Shown: positions 26,976 to 38,090, counted from the first letter of the stretch. The stretch: DNA of 64,000 nt from Gloeobacterales cyanobacterium (GCA_038245785.1 JBBRSB010000002.1:1-64000); one strand, 5' to 3'. The notes: generated by a model from the sequence alone, not told the origin. Program-made: numbers and translations.

Positions 26976-29300
26976 TTATATTTTCTCTAGAGCTGCAGTG
27001 CGTGGGTCTAGAATCTTTTTGCCCAAGCCAGGGAAGTTAACAGCAATATAGAGTTTTTCTCCTGTTCCTAGAACATGGGTAATTTGCCCTTGCCCAAAGG
27101 AGGGGTGAAGGACCACTTCACCCACGTCCCATGTTTGATTGGCAACAGGTTTGACCGCTGTTTTTGTCGCTGACGTACGATAACCTGGAGAAAAAGATTT
27201 GCGGGGACTATCCCCAGAGAGGAGTTCAGAAACTTCTTCTAAGAATTGGGAAGTAATCGCAGGTTCGCGGTCGCCATAGAGTCTTCGTTCTTGAGCATGG
27301 CTGAGGAACAATCGCTCTTGGGCACGAGTGACCCCGACATAGCAAAGTCGTCTTTCTTCTTCCAAAGATTTTGGATCATCCAAAGAACGAAAATGGGGAA
27401 GCAAACCTTGCTCCATACCGCACAGAAATACGACCGGGAACTCCAGTCCTTTGGCGGAGTGGAGGGTCATCAAAGAAACTCGGTCTCCTTGCTCTCCAAG
27501 TTGGTCTAAATCAGAAGCTAAAGCAATATTAGCTAGAAAAGCATCAAGGCTTGGGTCATCGGTTTGTTCTTCAAACTGGCGGGCTACCGAGAGCAATTCA
27601 TGAACATTTTCTGCACGGTTTAGTGCTTCGTCCGTCCCTTCTTCTACAAGAGCGCGGGCATAGCCTGATTCCTCAATCACCTGTTCAAGCAGTTCGGCAA
27701 CCGTTAACTTCGTACTCGCTTCTTGCCATTGCTGAAGTAAGGCTACAAATTCTAGAATCGGGCGGGCTGTACGTCCAGCAATCGTCTTCACGCTTTCCGG
27801 CGAACTCAAAACCTGCCATAAAGACATCTGAGCCCCATTTGCCACTTCCATCAATTTGGTGAGCGTAGAATTACCAATTCCGCGTCGAGGCGTATTGATA
27901 ATTCTCTGGATACTCATCCCATCGTCAGAGTTATGGATGGCTTTGAGATAACAGAGAATATCTTTTACTTCTCTGCGGTCATAGAATTTCAAACCACCAA
28001 TCACGGTGTAGGGAATGCCCCATCGCATCAGTGTTTCTTCTACAACTCTAGATTGGACGTTGGTTCGGTAGAGGACCGCAAAATCTTTCCAGGAGCGTTT
28101 AGCTTCCGTTTCTTCCTGATGACGAATTTGACCGACGATAAAGTCAGCCTCTTTGATTTCATCTTCAGCTTTTTTGCTATAAACCGGAGCGCCGTTATCC
28201 CGCGTTGGCTTCAGGACTTTGTCTAAGCGGCCTGAATTATTCTCAATCAGGGTATTCGCTACCGAGAGGATATTGGCACAGGAGCGATAATTCTCTTCCA
28301 ACTTGATCATCGTCTTGGTTTCATCATCGGGCAAACCATCCCCAAAATCCCGCTGAAAATCGAGAATGATCTGGACATCGGCCCCCCGGAAAGCATAGAT
28401 AGACTGGTCTCCATCTCCTACGACAAAAAGAGAACGATTTTTCCAATCCAGATCACGAGTTGTCAAACTATTAGTAGCAAGCAATCGAATTAGTTGGTAT
28501 TGAGCACGATTTGTATCCTGATATTCATCCACCAAGATGTGATTAAAGCGATTATGCCAATAATTTAGAAGATTAGGATTTTGTTGAAATAAAAGGACCG
28601 GAACCCAGATTAAATCATCAAAATCCAAAGTGTTATTTTGGGAAAGGCGCGTTTGGTAGCGCTCATATACTTCTGCAATTCGCTGAGAACGAATCGTTCC
28701 CCCTTCTTGCATTTTAAACTGTTCAGGAGTAAGTCCCTGGCTTTTTGCACCGCTAATCGTAGAGCGCACCCCTCGTGGGTTATAGCGCTTGTCATCCAGG
28801 TTCAACTCTTTAGTGACAATCTCTTTAATCAGGCTTTGCACATCCCCTTCATCGGCGATGTTGAAATTTTTTTGCCAGCTGCGTCCTTGCCAGTCTTTAT
28901 AACGCTCAATATCGAATCGAAGAATCCGCCCACACAGCGCATGGAAAGTTCCTACCCAGAGCGGTTGGGTAATCGTTTTATTAACCATTGCCCGCAAAGC
29001 ATACTGACGCTGGGGCGGAAGGTCTTCATATTTCCGCTGGTCTATCTCCAAGGCCCGACGTTCCACAAAAAATTGCTGGATACGCTCTTTCATCTCGCCT
29101 GCAGCTTTATTGGTGAAGGTGACCGCAAAAATTTGGGAAGGGTCTATCCCATGGCGCAGGATCAGGTTCGCAATCCGTAGGGTAAGGGTCCGTGTCTTGC
29201 CTGATCCCGCTCCAGCGACCACCAGCATCGGGCCTTCCTGGTGTTCGATGGCTCTGCGTTGCTGACTATTGACAAGTGGAAATAAGAGGGGCGTTGACAT
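26976..29300 (-). CDS. pcrA: ATP-dependent DNA helicase PcrA/UvrD
   Basis: AGAGSGKT, TFTNKAA, DEYQD, LMTLHSAKGLEF, YVGVTRA; C-terminal tudor-like HPSFGQG. Confidence 0.95.
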   Translation of the reverse strand: MSTPLLFPLVNSQQRRAIEHQEGPMLVVAGAGSGKTRTLTLRIANLILRHGIDPSQIFAVTFTNKAAGEMKERIQQFFVERRALEIDQRKYEDLPPQRQYALRAMVNKTITQPLWVGTFHALCGRILRFDIERYKDWQGRSWQKNFNIADEGDVQSLIKEIVTKELNLDDKRYNPRGVRSTISGAKSQGLTPEQFKMQEGGTIRSQRIAEVYERYQTRLSQNNTLDFDDLIWVPVLLFQQNPNLLNYWHNRFNHILVDEYQDTNRAQYQLIRLLATNSLTTRDLDWKNRSLFVVGDGDQSIYAFRGADVQIILDFQRDFGDGLPDDETKTMIKLEENYRSCANILSVANTLIENNSGRLDKVLKPTRDNGAPVYSKKAEDEIKEADFIVGQIRHQEETEAKRSWKDFAVLYRTNVQSRVVEETLMRWGIPYTVIGGLKFYDRREVKDILCYLKAIHNSDDGMSIQRIINTPRRGIGNSTLTKLMEVANGAQMSLWQVLSSPESVKTIAGRTARPILEFVALLQQWQEASTKLTVAELLEQVIEESGYARALVEEGTDEALNRAENVHELLSVARQFEEQTDDPSLDAFLANIALASDLDQLGEQGDRVSLMTLHSAKGLEFPVVFLCGMEQGLLPHFRSLDDPKSLEEERRLCYVGVTRAQERLFLSHAQERRLYGDREPAITSQFLEEVSELLSGDSPRKSFSPGYRTSATKTAVKPVANQTWDVGEVVLHPSFGQGQITHVLGTGEKLYIAVNFPGLGKKILDPRTAALEKI

Positions 29301-29442
29301 GCGATAACGTACAGACGAGTGAGCTGAGTCCCCAAGGTAACACCACAGACGCTCCTACTGGACCCTACATCGAATTTAGAGACTAGCGACTGTCTGGGCA
29401 AGGCATCGCTATAATGAAGATTGGTACAAAAGGAGTGGCTCA

Positions 29443-29772
29443 GTGAGCAATCCCTTAATTCGCGCATTTTTTGTCGGTAGGGCTACAGCGGACCTTTTGG
29501 TGGAGCGTCTTGAGGATGTTGTCACGGATGTTCTAAGCGAGATCGGTAAATTTGAGTCAGAGCAGCGGGAAAACCTCAAGGAATTCACAGAGCAAGTTCT
29601 GACACGGGCTAATGAAGAAGAATCACGCGTGATGGATGACTTGGGCCGCACAGGGGGTACCAGCAACTATTCCCGCCCTGCTAACGATGTCCAAGCAACA
29701 GTTGACGATATTAGAGCTGAGGTAGCTCAACTGCGTTCAACTTTGCAGCAGCACCGTAACGACGACAGTTAA
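29443..29772 (+). CDS. Conserved cyanobacterial protein upstream of the ABC1 kinase
   Basis: MSNPLIRAFFVGRA...EQRENL...IRAEVAQLR; typical neighbour of this kinase. Confidence 0.75.
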   Translation: MSNPLIRAFFVGRATADLLVERLEDVVTDVLSEIGKFESEQRENLKEFTEQVLTRANEEESRVMDDLGRTGGTSNYSRPANDVQATVDDIRAEVAQLRSTLQQHRNDDS

Positions 29773-29809
29773 GTCTCTAAATTTAGTCCTACAACCCACC
29801 ATAGAACCT

Positions 29810-31504
29810 GTGTCACCCCCACCCGCCCAAAATTCCTATCGTTGGAGTAGAGAGAACTACTCCCGCCCACGTCGCGTTATCGATGTTTGGCGCTTTGTTC
29901 TGCTCTTTTTGTTTTATCGCTGGATGGATGACAAGGCCTGGTCCTACAAAAACGGGGCAACGGAGGAGCACAGAATTGAGCGTCGTAGAAACCGCGCTAT
30001 CTGGGTTCGTGAAACCATGCTGGACTTGGGCCCTACCTTCATCAAAGTAGGACAGCTGTTTTCTACACGGGCGGACCTCTTTCCCAAAGAGTATGTGGAA
30101 GAGCTTTCTAAGCTTCAGGATGAAGTTCCTGCCTTTGAGTACAGCAAGGTCGTTTCGACGATTGAGGCTGAATTCGGCAAATCTTTAAAGGAGATTTTCC
30201 AATTCTTTGACCCGACCCCGATGGCGGCAGCTTCTTTAGGGCAAGTACACCGAGCCCAGTTGAGTACCCAGGAAGAAGTGGTTGTTAAGGTTCAGCGTCC
30301 CGGTTTAAAAAAGCTATTCGATATCGATCTCGAGATTCTCAGAGGCGTAACCAGCTATCTGCAAAACCACCCTCGCTTCGGCAAGGGGCGAGAATGGCTC
30401 CCGATCTATGATGAATGCGCAAAAATCCTCTACGAAGAGATTGATTACCTGAACGAAGGGCGCAATGCTGACACCTTCCGCAGAAATTTCCGCAACGATG
30501 ATTTGATTCATGTCCCCAAGGTTTACTGGCGCTATTCCTCTCCGAAAGTTTTGACCTTGGAATATTCACCAGGGATCAAAATCAGTAACTACGAGGCGAT
30601 TGAAGCCGCAGGCTTGGACCGTAAGATGATAGCTCGGATTGGGGCTCGCTCCTATCTCCAGCAGCTCTTAGAAGATGGCTTTTTCCACGCAGATCCACAC
30701 CCAGGAAACTTAGCCGTTAGGCCCGATGGTGTCGTTGTTTTTTATGACTTCGGCATGATGGGCTCGATTAAGCCGGGCACGAAAGAAAAACTGATGCAGA
30801 CTTTTTTGGGAGTAGCCCAAAAAGATGCCGACAAAGTAATTGCTGCGTTGACGGATCTCGGAGCGATCAAGCCAGGTGCGGATCAGGCTCCAATCCGTCG
30901 CTCCGTAGACTTTTTATTGACCAACTTCTCAGACCAGCCTTTTGAGCAGCCACAAAACCTTTCGATTGGCGATCTATCGGATGATATCTATGAGATGGCC
31001 TACGACCAGCCTTTTCGCTTCCCGGCTACGTTTACCTTTGTCCTGAGAGCCCTCTCCACCCTGGAAGGCTTAGGAAAAGGACTAGACCCTAGTTTCAACT
31101 TTATGGAAGTTGCCCAACCTTTTGCGACGCAATTTGTAGCCGATGCCTCTCGCAGCTTGGGCGGACCCGTAGGGATCATCAATGAATTTGGACGCCAAGC
31201 TGTACAGGCAGGATCTACAGCAGCCAATCTCCCCAAGCGTATTGAAGAAACCCTCAATCGGGTAGAGAAAGGGGATATCCGCATTCGGGTGCGGGCCAAT
31301 GAAACCGACCGTCTATTGCGCCGTTTAAACATTGCTGCCTTTGGCTTGATGTACGCCATTCTCCTATCAGGACTTTTAGTCTCCACCGCCGTACTTTACA
31401 GCACGGGACATCCCGTAGAAGCTTCGGGAGGATTAGCCTTTTCTGGATTTACCGCCTTGGCCATGGGTAGAGTGCTCGTTAAACTACAGCGCGCCGTTTT
31501 GTAG
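29810..31504 (+). CDS. AarF/ABC1/UbiB family kinase
   Basis: LGPTFIKVGQ, AAASLGQVH, VKVQRP, HADPHPGN, DFGM. Confidence 0.95.
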   Translation: MSPPPAQNSYRWSRENYSRPRRVIDVWRFVLLFLFYRWMDDKAWSYKNGATEEHRIERRRNRAIWVRETMLDLGPTFIKVGQLFSTRADLFPKEYVEELSKLQDEVPAFEYSKVVSTIEAEFGKSLKEIFQFFDPTPMAAASLGQVHRAQLSTQEEVVVKVQRPGLKKLFDIDLEILRGVTSYLQNHPRFGKGREWLPIYDECAKILYEEIDYLNEGRNADTFRRNFRNDDLIHVPKVYWRYSSPKVLTLEYSPGIKISNYEAIEAAGLDRKMIARIGARSYLQQLLEDGFFHADPHPGNLAVRPDGVVVFYDFGMMGSIKPGTKEKLMQTFLGVAQKDADKVIAALTDLGAIKPGADQAPIRRSVDFLLTNFSDQPFEQPQNLSIGDLSDDIYEMAYDQPFRFPATFTFVLRALSTLEGLGKGLDPSFNFMEVAQPFATQFVADASRSLGGPVGIINEFGRQAVQAGSTAANLPKRIEETLNRVEKGDIRIRVRANETDRLLRRLNIAAFGLMYAILLSGLLVSTAVLYSTGHPVEASGGLAFSGFTALAMGRVLVKLQRAVL

Positions 31505-31595
31505 CGAAACATTACATCTAGGGATAAAAATCATTAGATCAGTGCTTTAAGAACTAGATATAGTAGATGGATTCATCCAAGAGCTAAAAACCTCC

Positions 31596-32069
31596 TTGAT
31601 TGCTCTCTATCCAGGCAGTTTTGACCCGCTGACCTACGGCCATTTAGACATCATCGAACGCGCTACCCATCTTTTTGAGAAGGTAGTGGTTTCTGTAGTT
31701 CGCAATCCTCGGAAAACCTCTCTGTTTAGTGCAGAGGAGCGCATGGAGCAGATCCGTATAGCCGTGGCCAATCTCAGTACTGTAGAAGTGCAGTTTTTTG
31801 ATGGATTGACCTACCAATATGCCCATGCGCTAGGAGCCAAGTTTTTGATCCGGGGCCTACGGGCGGTATCTGACTTTGAGTACGAACTGCAGATGGCCCA
31901 GACCAATCGCACCCTCGACCAAGAACTCGAAACCATTTTTCTTGCCACCGCGACGGAGTACAGTTTCCTGAGCAGTTCTGTAGTCCGTGAAATTGCTCAA
32001 TTCGGAGGACCTGTGGACCATTTGGTCCCAGCTCACATTGCCCAAGCTTTAGCCCATAAATTTACCTAA
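31596..32069 (+). CDS. coaD: Pantetheine-phosphate adenylyltransferase
   Basis: [31 protein letters not shown]. Confidence 0.96.
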   Translation: MIALYPGSFDPLTYGHLDIIERATHLFEKVVVSVVRNPRKTSLFSAEERMEQIRIAVANLSTVEVQFFDGLTYQYAHALGAKFLIRGLRAVSDFEYELQMAQTNRTLDQELETIFLATATEYSFLSSSVVREIAQFGGPVDHLVPAHIAQALAHKFT

Positions 32070-32090
32070 GGCCGTTGCCAAGGAGGAGCA

Positions 32091-32720
32091 GTGATCATGG
32101 ATCTCAAGCAGGAACTGGACCGTCTAGAGAATTTGATTCTGGACAGTGCCCGTGTGCCAATCACGGGGAAAGTTCTGGTTTCTGAAGACCAAGTATTGGA
32201 CCTGCTAGACCGCGTTCGGGTGAGCCTGCCGGATGTAGTGACCGAAGCGGCTTCGCTGGTAGCGCGAAAGCAAACCTATATGGCTCAGGCTCAGCAGGAT
32301 GCAGACCGGATCATGATGCAGGCCCAGCAGGAGGCTGACCGACGGATTGCTCATGCTCAGCAAGAACGGGAGCGCTACCTCAACGAATCAGACCTGATCC
32401 GCACAGCCCAGGCCCAGGCTCAATCTATCCGCGAACAGGCCGACCAAGAGTTAGACCATCTTCGGCAAGAAGCAGCTCGCCTAGAACAGCAAACCCGCCA
32501 ACAGGTTGAGCAACTGCGGCAAGATGTTTTTGCTGAGATCCAGACAATCCGCGAAACAAGCATCAGCGAAGCCCAATCCGTCCAGCAAAAAGCGGTAGCC
32601 GAAGCACAATCGATCCAAGCTGAGGCCGATCGCTATGTCGGAGAAATCCTAGAAAATCTAGAGAATAATCTCGTCAACATGCTCCAAATCGTACGGAATG
32701 GCAAACAGAATATACAGTAA
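32091..32720 (+). CDS. cdv3: DivIVA-like coiled-coil cell-division protein (Cdv3-like)
   Basis: LDRLENLILDSARVPITGK N-terminus, long coiled coil, position after coaD. Confidence 0.7.
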   Translation: MIMDLKQELDRLENLILDSARVPITGKVLVSEDQVLDLLDRVRVSLPDVVTEAASLVARKQTYMAQAQQDADRIMMQAQQEADRRIAHAQQERERYLNESDLIRTAQAQAQSIREQADQELDHLRQEAARLEQQTRQQVEQLRQDVFAEIQTIRETSISEAQSVQQKAVAEAQSIQAEADRYVGEILENLENNLVNMLQIVRNGKQNIQ

Positions 32721-33423
32721 CGACGCTGAGACCCCCACAGCTCAGGACATCCAAGCACTGTTTAACCGTATTGCTCCGGTATATGACCGAGTCAATAATG
32801 TCATGAGTTGGGGCCGTCATCTGGCCTGGAAAAAAATAGCCGTCGATTGGGCCAAGCCACCTGAGGGGGGCATGGTTTTAGATATTTGTTGTGGAACGGG
32901 AGACTTAGCCCGCCTTTTAGCTCGTCGGGTCGGACCTCGGGGCAAGGTGGTGGGTTTAGATTTTTCAGAGCAGATGCTGACCTATGCTCGCCGTAGTACC
33001 TATGAGCCGCTACAAAGCCGCATAGACTGGATTGAGGGAGATGCCCTGGCACTACCGTTTGCGGATCAGAGCCTGGATGCAGCGACGATGAGCTTCGGAT
33101 TGCGAAATCTCACCGATATTCCCAGAGCCTTCCAAGAAATCCAGCGGGTGCTCAAGCCGAAGGCCAAAGCGGTAGTCTTGGACCTCAACCGTACAGAGGA
33201 TCCAGGCCAAGAGCAATTTCAGCAGTGGTATCTGAATACAGTGGTGCCGCAAGTGGGCCGTTGGCTAAAGCTAGAAGCGGAATACGCCTATCTCGCTCCG
33301 AGCCTGGAACGTTTTCCTAAGGGAACGGAGCAGGTGCAGATCGCGCTTGATCAAGGATTTAAACAGGCTGTTCACCGTACAGTAGAACAAGGGGCCATTG
33401 GTTTCTTAATTTTGGAAGCCTAG
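32698..33423 (+). CDS. menG: Demethylmenaquinone/phylloquinone methyltransferase (UbiE/MenG)
   Basis: FNRIAPVYD..N, VLDICCGTGD, FGLRN; adjacent to menA. Confidence 0.88.
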   Translation: MANRIYSNDAETPTAQDIQALFNRIAPVYDRVNNVMSWGRHLAWKKIAVDWAKPPEGGMVLDICCGTGDLARLLARRVGPRGKVVGLDFSEQMLTYARRSTYEPLQSRIDWIEGDALALPFADQSLDAATMSFGLRNLTDIPRAFQEIQRVLKPKAKAVVLDLNRTEDPGQEQFQQWYLNTVVPQVGRWLKLEAEYAYLAPSLERFPKGTEQVQIALDQGFKQAVHRTVEQGAIGFLILEA

Positions 33424-33432
33424 AGAAGATTT

Positions 33433-34314
33433 ATGTCTGAGCCTTTTCCCTGGAAAGTGGCGCTTAATCCAGCCATCTATACCGCTGCGGTTATTCCCGT
33501 CCTCGTAGGCACGGCCATCGCTTGGCATGAAGTCAGTCAAATCGATATCCTGCGTTTTGGGCTTTGCCTAATCGGTCTAGTCTTAATCCAGTTATGGATC
33601 AATTTCACCAACGATGTTTTTGATGCCCAGACGGGAGTAGACCGCAATAAAGCGGACTCGCTCGTAAATCTAACCGGCAACCCCTCGCTGATTTTCTGGT
33701 TAGGCACTCTTGCTTTGGGGCTAGGCTATCTCTGTTTCATGGGGATCAATAGCTTTTTTCCAAGCTATGACCTCTTGATCACAGGCACAATCGGCATTCT
33801 CCTCGGTTATAGCTACCAAGGGCCACCCTTTCGTCTGGCCTATCGGGGATGGGGCGAATTGGTTTCTTTTACGTGTTTTGGTCCAATTGCCGTTTTAGTT
33901 GCAGACTATAGCCAGCGAGGAAGCTGGTCACTGACGGCCTTTAAAGCCTCTTTGGTGGTTGGCTTTTTCACCAGTTTGATCCTGTATGTCCACCATTTTC
34001 CCCAAGTGGAAGATGACCGAGCCTTTGGCAAACAGACCCTTGTGGTTCGTTGGGGAACGCTGAGAGCCGCCCGCAGGATCATTTTCTTGGTCGCAGTCCC
34101 CTATCTACTGTGTATTTGGTTCGGTTTGCAGGGAGATTTTCCGCTGTGGACGGGATTGGTGTTTTTCACTCTGCCCTTGACAGTGCAGTTAGTCCAGCGC
34201 GTGAATGATTTTCATGACCAGCCTAGTGAAGTAGCAAAAGCCCTACCCATGGCTGTGGGCATCCATTTCTTGAGTGGGGTTTTGCTGGCCCTAGGATTTG
34301 TGCTGCCTGGCTGA
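33433..34314 (+). CDS. menA: 1,4-dihydroxy-2-naphthoate prenyltransferase
   Basis: UbiA fold: NFTNDVFD..GVD, YQGPPFRL, QVEDD...GK.TLVVR. Confidence 0.9.
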   Translation: MSEPFPWKVALNPAIYTAAVIPVLVGTAIAWHEVSQIDILRFGLCLIGLVLIQLWINFTNDVFDAQTGVDRNKADSLVNLTGNPSLIFWLGTLALGLGYLCFMGINSFFPSYDLLITGTIGILLGYSYQGPPFRLAYRGWGELVSFTCFGPIAVLVADYSQRGSWSLTAFKASLVVGFFTSLILYVHHFPQVEDDRAFGKQTLVVRWGTLRAARRIIFLVAVPYLLCIWFGLQGDFPLWTGLVFFTLPLTVQLVQRVNDFHDQPSEVAKALPMAVGIHFLSGVLLALGFVLPG

Positions 34315-34392
34315 TAATTTCCGTATCAAAATACTTTATAGACTGGCTAAATTGGGGAACGCTAGAGTAGTAGGGTGTTTTCCTCGTGTGTG

Positions 34393-35358
34393 ATGCGTAC
34401 TTCTCCAATCCTCAAAGAAGCTCAAACCATTGCTCCTAAAGTAGCGATTCAGGCCAATAACCTGAGTAAGGAATTCCGTACCGGTTTTTGGCTCAATCAG
34501 CGGGTACATCCGCTCAAAGGCTGCAGTCTCCATGTAGAAGAAGGGCAGACTTTTGGTTTACTAGGCCCGAATGGGGCCGGTAAAACGACGCTGCTGAAAA
34601 TTCTATTGGGGATCATCCGTCCTTCCGGGGGAGAGGCCTACATTTTAGGCAAACCCTTAGGGGATCAAGACGTTAAGCAATGGATTGGCTATCTGCCTGA
34701 AAATCCTTACTTCTATGACTATCTCACCGGATTCGAGATCCTGACCTTGATGGCTCGCATCTTCGAAGTCCCCACAGAAGTGAGCCGGAAGCGTATTCCA
34801 CAACTGATTGAGACGGTAGGACTGACGGACGAAGCGGCACGTAAGCCCTTGCGAAAATATTCAAAAGGGATGCTTCAACGCATTGGCTTAGCTCAAGCCC
34901 TGATCAACGACCCAGCACTTGTATTTCTAGATGAACCGATGTCTGGATTGGACCCCACGGGTCGCTATCAAATGCGGGAGTTAATTCTTTCGCTCAAAGC
35001 TCAGGGCAAAACCGTATTTTTTAACAGTCATATCCTCTCTGATGTGGAATTGGTTTGTGACCAAGTAGGAATCCTTGTCAAAGGAGAACTCGTTTGTTGT
35101 GGGACTCTGGAACAACTCTTGGGCACTTCCAGCCAATACGTTGCTCGCGTGCAAAGCTTTAGCTCAGAACCGCTGACTCATTGGCTAGGAGACCTCAAAA
35201 GAGAGGGAGAGCAATGGACCGGAATACTGCAGAAAGACCCGGCACAGTTCATGGCCTATCTTCAGAGCCAAGAAATCCGTCTTTTATCTCTGAATTTAGA
35301 GCGAAAAAGTCTAGAAAGACTCTTTTTGGAAAAAGTACAACCGAAACCAGAAGCTTAA
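34393..35358 (+). CDS. ABC transporter ATP-binding protein
   Basis: GPNGAGKTT, YSKGM, FLDEP, NSH. Confidence 0.93.
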   Translation: MRTSPILKEAQTIAPKVAIQANNLSKEFRTGFWLNQRVHPLKGCSLHVEEGQTFGLLGPNGAGKTTLLKILLGIIRPSGGEAYILGKPLGDQDVKQWIGYLPENPYFYDYLTGFEILTLMARIFEVPTEVSRKRIPQLIETVGLTDEAARKPLRKYSKGMLQRIGLAQALINDPALVFLDEPMSGLDPTGRYQMRELILSLKAQGKTVFFNSHILSDVELVCDQVGILVKGELVCCGTLEQLLGTSSQYVARVQSFSSEPLTHWLGDLKREGEQWTGILQKDPAQFMAYLQSQEIRLLSLNLERKSLERLFLEKVQPKPEA

Positions 35359-35429
35359 ACATATTAATTTTGCGGTTTACCCCTAGCCTAGATTACCTAT
35401 TGCAGTAGAGTATTGAATGCAGTCATGGT

Positions 35430-37226
35430 GTGAGGACTGTATTGAAGCGGGTATTGGCACTACTGCTAGTGTTTTTCTGGGGCTGGATTCTTCCTGCCAT
35501 TCCTTTCGGAGTTACTCCGGCTTGGGCCGCTCCTGGAGGGATAGAACGTCCTCGCCTACTCTCTTGGACCTATGACCCCAACAGTCAGCTGCTCGTGATC
35601 ACGACCAGGGGCGTGACCATCCCGATTCTCTCCACAAAACAGGGACCGAGTCGATTAATTATGGACTTACCGGCAGCCACGATCGAGCGTTCTGAAAGTC
35701 AACGCTTTCCAAGTGGCCTTGTGGAAGAAATCCGTATCGCTCAGTTCACCCCAGAAATCACTCGTCTCGTCATTCAGTTGCGCACAGGCGAAGAACTTCG
35801 TCCAGACCAATACGAACTGGAGAATCGAGGATTTAACCGTTGGCAGGTGCAGTTGGGACAGGGAATCCCTTCCACCGCTCCGCCTCAAGCAACCCTTCCC
35901 CCTCCTGTTCCAAATCCAAATCCTGTACCTAACCCGAACCCAGTTCCAAATCCGAACCCGGTACCTAACCCCAATCCTGTTCCAAATCCAAATCCGCCCG
36001 TATCTCCGTCACTGACCCGTCAAGAGCTAAGAAACGCAGTCCGCTTTGAACGCATTGATAATACTGCCCAGGGGTTTATCATCCGCACCAGTGGACCAAC
36101 CGATGCTTCGGTACGTCGGGTAGATAGCCCTGATCGTTTAATCGTAGACTTGCCAGGAACGATCATTTCCACGGCCACCAAAGAGCGTTCCTTTCCTGCA
36201 AATCGCCTGGGGATCAAACAAATTCGGATTGGACAATTCCAAAATCGTCCTCCGATAACGCGCATTGTATTGGATATTGACCAAGAGGTCTCCGACTGGG
36301 AGACAGCCTACGATCCCACTGCTAAGGGAGTACGCTTGGTCCCTGCAGGCCAGCTAGCGATGGTACAAAAAAAAGCGGGCAATCTGCTGGCGGTGCGTTT
36401 AGTCGGGGATCGTTTGCTATTTATCGCCGATGGTCCCTTACAGGCTAGAGCTGAATTTACAGGTAAGGATTATCGAGTAAGTTTTCCAGGAGTTTCTTTG
36501 CCTACGCAGCCCATCAGCGGCCCTAAATTGACTAGTACGGGGCCTTTAGACCGTCTTAGGGTATTCCAAGACCCAGACAGTGAAGTCTCTGCTGTATTGT
36601 CTTTAGGACCAGGTATCCAGGTGATTAAAACTGAATCTAAGGACAATCAGTTTGTAATCCAGTTCAACAAGGGCCAAATCGGTCAGCCGAAGGGAGAAGG
36701 ACCTCTAGTCGTGATTGACCCAGGGCACGGAGGCACGGACCCAGGAGCTTTAGCAGGAGGCCGCAACGAAAAAACGTTGAATCTCCAAGTGGCTCAGTTT
36801 CTAGGCCAAATTCTCGCTCAAAAAGGGTATCGGGTTGTATTTACCCGCGATGATGATCGATTTATTCCGCTACAGGGCAGAGTAGATATAGCGGAACAGG
36901 TAAATGCGAGTATTTTCGTGAGTATCCATCACAATGCCAGTGAGAATACAGAAACCGACGGCCTACAGACCTACTATATTAGGGACAACAGCCGCGTATT
37001 GGCCAGAATCGTTCATCGCAACCTCATTAGCAGGGTTGGTCAGCCGGACCGTGGTCTGCGGACTGCCCGCTTCTATGTAATCCGGAAAACAACAATGCCT
37101 GCTATTCTTGTGGAAATGGGCTATATGACCAACTCGGCCGAACTAGCTATCGTCTCCCAGGCTCCTCACCAACGTCTCGCTGCAGAATCCATTGCCCGTG
37201 CTTTGGATGAATACTTCCGAAAGTAA
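35430..37226 (+). CDS. amiC: N-acetylmuramoyl-L-alanine amidase with AMIN domains
   Basis: Signal peptide, AMIN repeats (IRIAQF...RLVI; IRIGQF...RIVL), Amidase_3 motifs DPGHGG, EK..NL, SIHHNA, LVEMGY. Confidence 0.9.
   Translation: MRTVLKRVLALLLVFFWGWILPAIPFGVTPAWAAPGGIERPRLLSWTYDPNSQLLVITTRGVTIPILSTKQGPSRLIMDLPAATIERSESQRFPSGLVEEIRIAQFTPEITRLVIQLRTGEELRPDQYELENRGFNRWQVQLGQGIPSTAPPQATLPPPVPNPNPVPNPNPVPNPNPVPNPNPVPNPNPPVSPSLTRQELRNAVRFERIDNTAQGFIIRTSGPTDASVRRVDSPDRLIVDLPGTIISTATKERSFPANRLGIKQIRIGQFQNRPPITRIVLDIDQEVSDWETAYDPTAKGVRLVPAGQLAMVQKKAGNLLAVRLVGDRLLFIADGPLQARAEFTGKDYRVSFPGVSLPTQPISGPKLTSTGPLDRLRVFQDPDSEVSAVLSLGPGIQVIKTESKDNQFVIQFNKGQIGQPKGEGPLVVIDPGHGGTDPGALAGGRNEKTLNLQVAQFLGQILAQKGYRVVFTRDDDRFIPLQGRVDIAEQVNASIFVSIHHNASENTETDGLQTYYIRDNSRVLARIVHRNLISRVGQPDRGLRTARFYVIRKTTMPAILVEMGYMTNSAELAIVSQAPHQRLAAESIARALDEYFRK
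35904..35993 (+). repeat. 5 x 18-bp coding tandem repeat (PVPNPN linker)
   Basis: CCNGTNCCNAAYCCNAAY x5 with synonymous variation. Confidence 0.9.
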
Positions 37227-37243
37227 GAAAGGATCTTGAGCCT

Positions 37244-38077
37244 GTGTACGAATCTATTGGTATTTTTGATAGCGGTGTAGGGGGGCTAACCTTTCTAAAC
37301 CAGCTCCAAAAGTTGCTCCCGAAAGAGAATAAAACCTACTTTGGTGATACTGCCCGAGTGCCCTACGGCAATCGCTCTCCTGAAGAAATCCAGCAGTTTA
37401 TGCGCCAGACCATGACTTGGATGGAAAGCCAAGGGGTTAAGCTGGTAGTAGCTGCTTGCAATACGAGCTGTGCCCTGGCCTTAGAAGTGGTCCGTCAGGA
37501 ATTTCAAACGCCGATTGTAGGCTTGATTCTTCCTGGAGCTAGAGCAGCCGTCCAGCGAGGCCGCAGAATTGGCATTATTGCGACCCAAGCAACGGTGCGT
37601 AGCCGAGCCTACACCAGCGCCATGAAGGAATTGGACCCTACCGTAGAAGTTTTTGAAGTAGCCTGCCCAGAATTTGTTCCTCTTGTAGAATCCGGACAGG
37701 TCCACAGCCGCCAAGCAAGAAAAATAGCAATGAGCTATCTGGAGCCTCTGCTCAATGAAGGCATTGATACTTTAGTCTACGGCTGTACCCATTACCCCCA
37801 TCTTGAACCCTTATTCAAGAGTTTTCTACCGGACTACATCACTCTTGTAGATCCCTCTGTAGAGACAGCCTTAGCCGTAAATCGAGAACTTAAACTCTTA
37901 GGACTCTTGAGCACCAGCAGCAAGCCAGGAAAAACAAGCTTCTTTGTTTCTGGAGAACCCTCTTCTTTTTCTCATTTAGCTAAACGCTGGTCAAGCAGCA
38001 CTACTTCCATAGAAACCGTACATATTGACGCCCTTGCTGTTACTTCTAGCTTAGAAGAGTCTTCCTCAACCAGCTGA
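37244..38077 (+). CDS. murI: Glutamate racemase
   Basis: FDSGVGG, PYG, ACNT, GCTHYP. Confidence 0.96.
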   Translation: MYESIGIFDSGVGGLTFLNQLQKLLPKENKTYFGDTARVPYGNRSPEEIQQFMRQTMTWMESQGVKLVVAACNTSCALALEVVRQEFQTPIVGLILPGARAAVQRGRRIGIIATQATVRSRAYTSAMKELDPTVEVFEVACPEFVPLVESGQVHSRQARKIAMSYLEPLLNEGIDTLVYGCTHYPHLEPLFKSFLPDYITLVDPSVETALAVNRELKLLGLLSTSSKPGKTSFFVSGEPSSFSHLAKRWSSSTTSIETVHIDALAVTSSLEESSSTS

Positions 38078-38090
38078 ATTCTTCCATGAA

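Noticed and set aside
35904..35993. Tandem repeat as a CRISPR or contingency locus
   Set aside because: In-frame PVPNPN linker with synonymous variation and no spacers. No CRISPR array was seen anywhere in the window.
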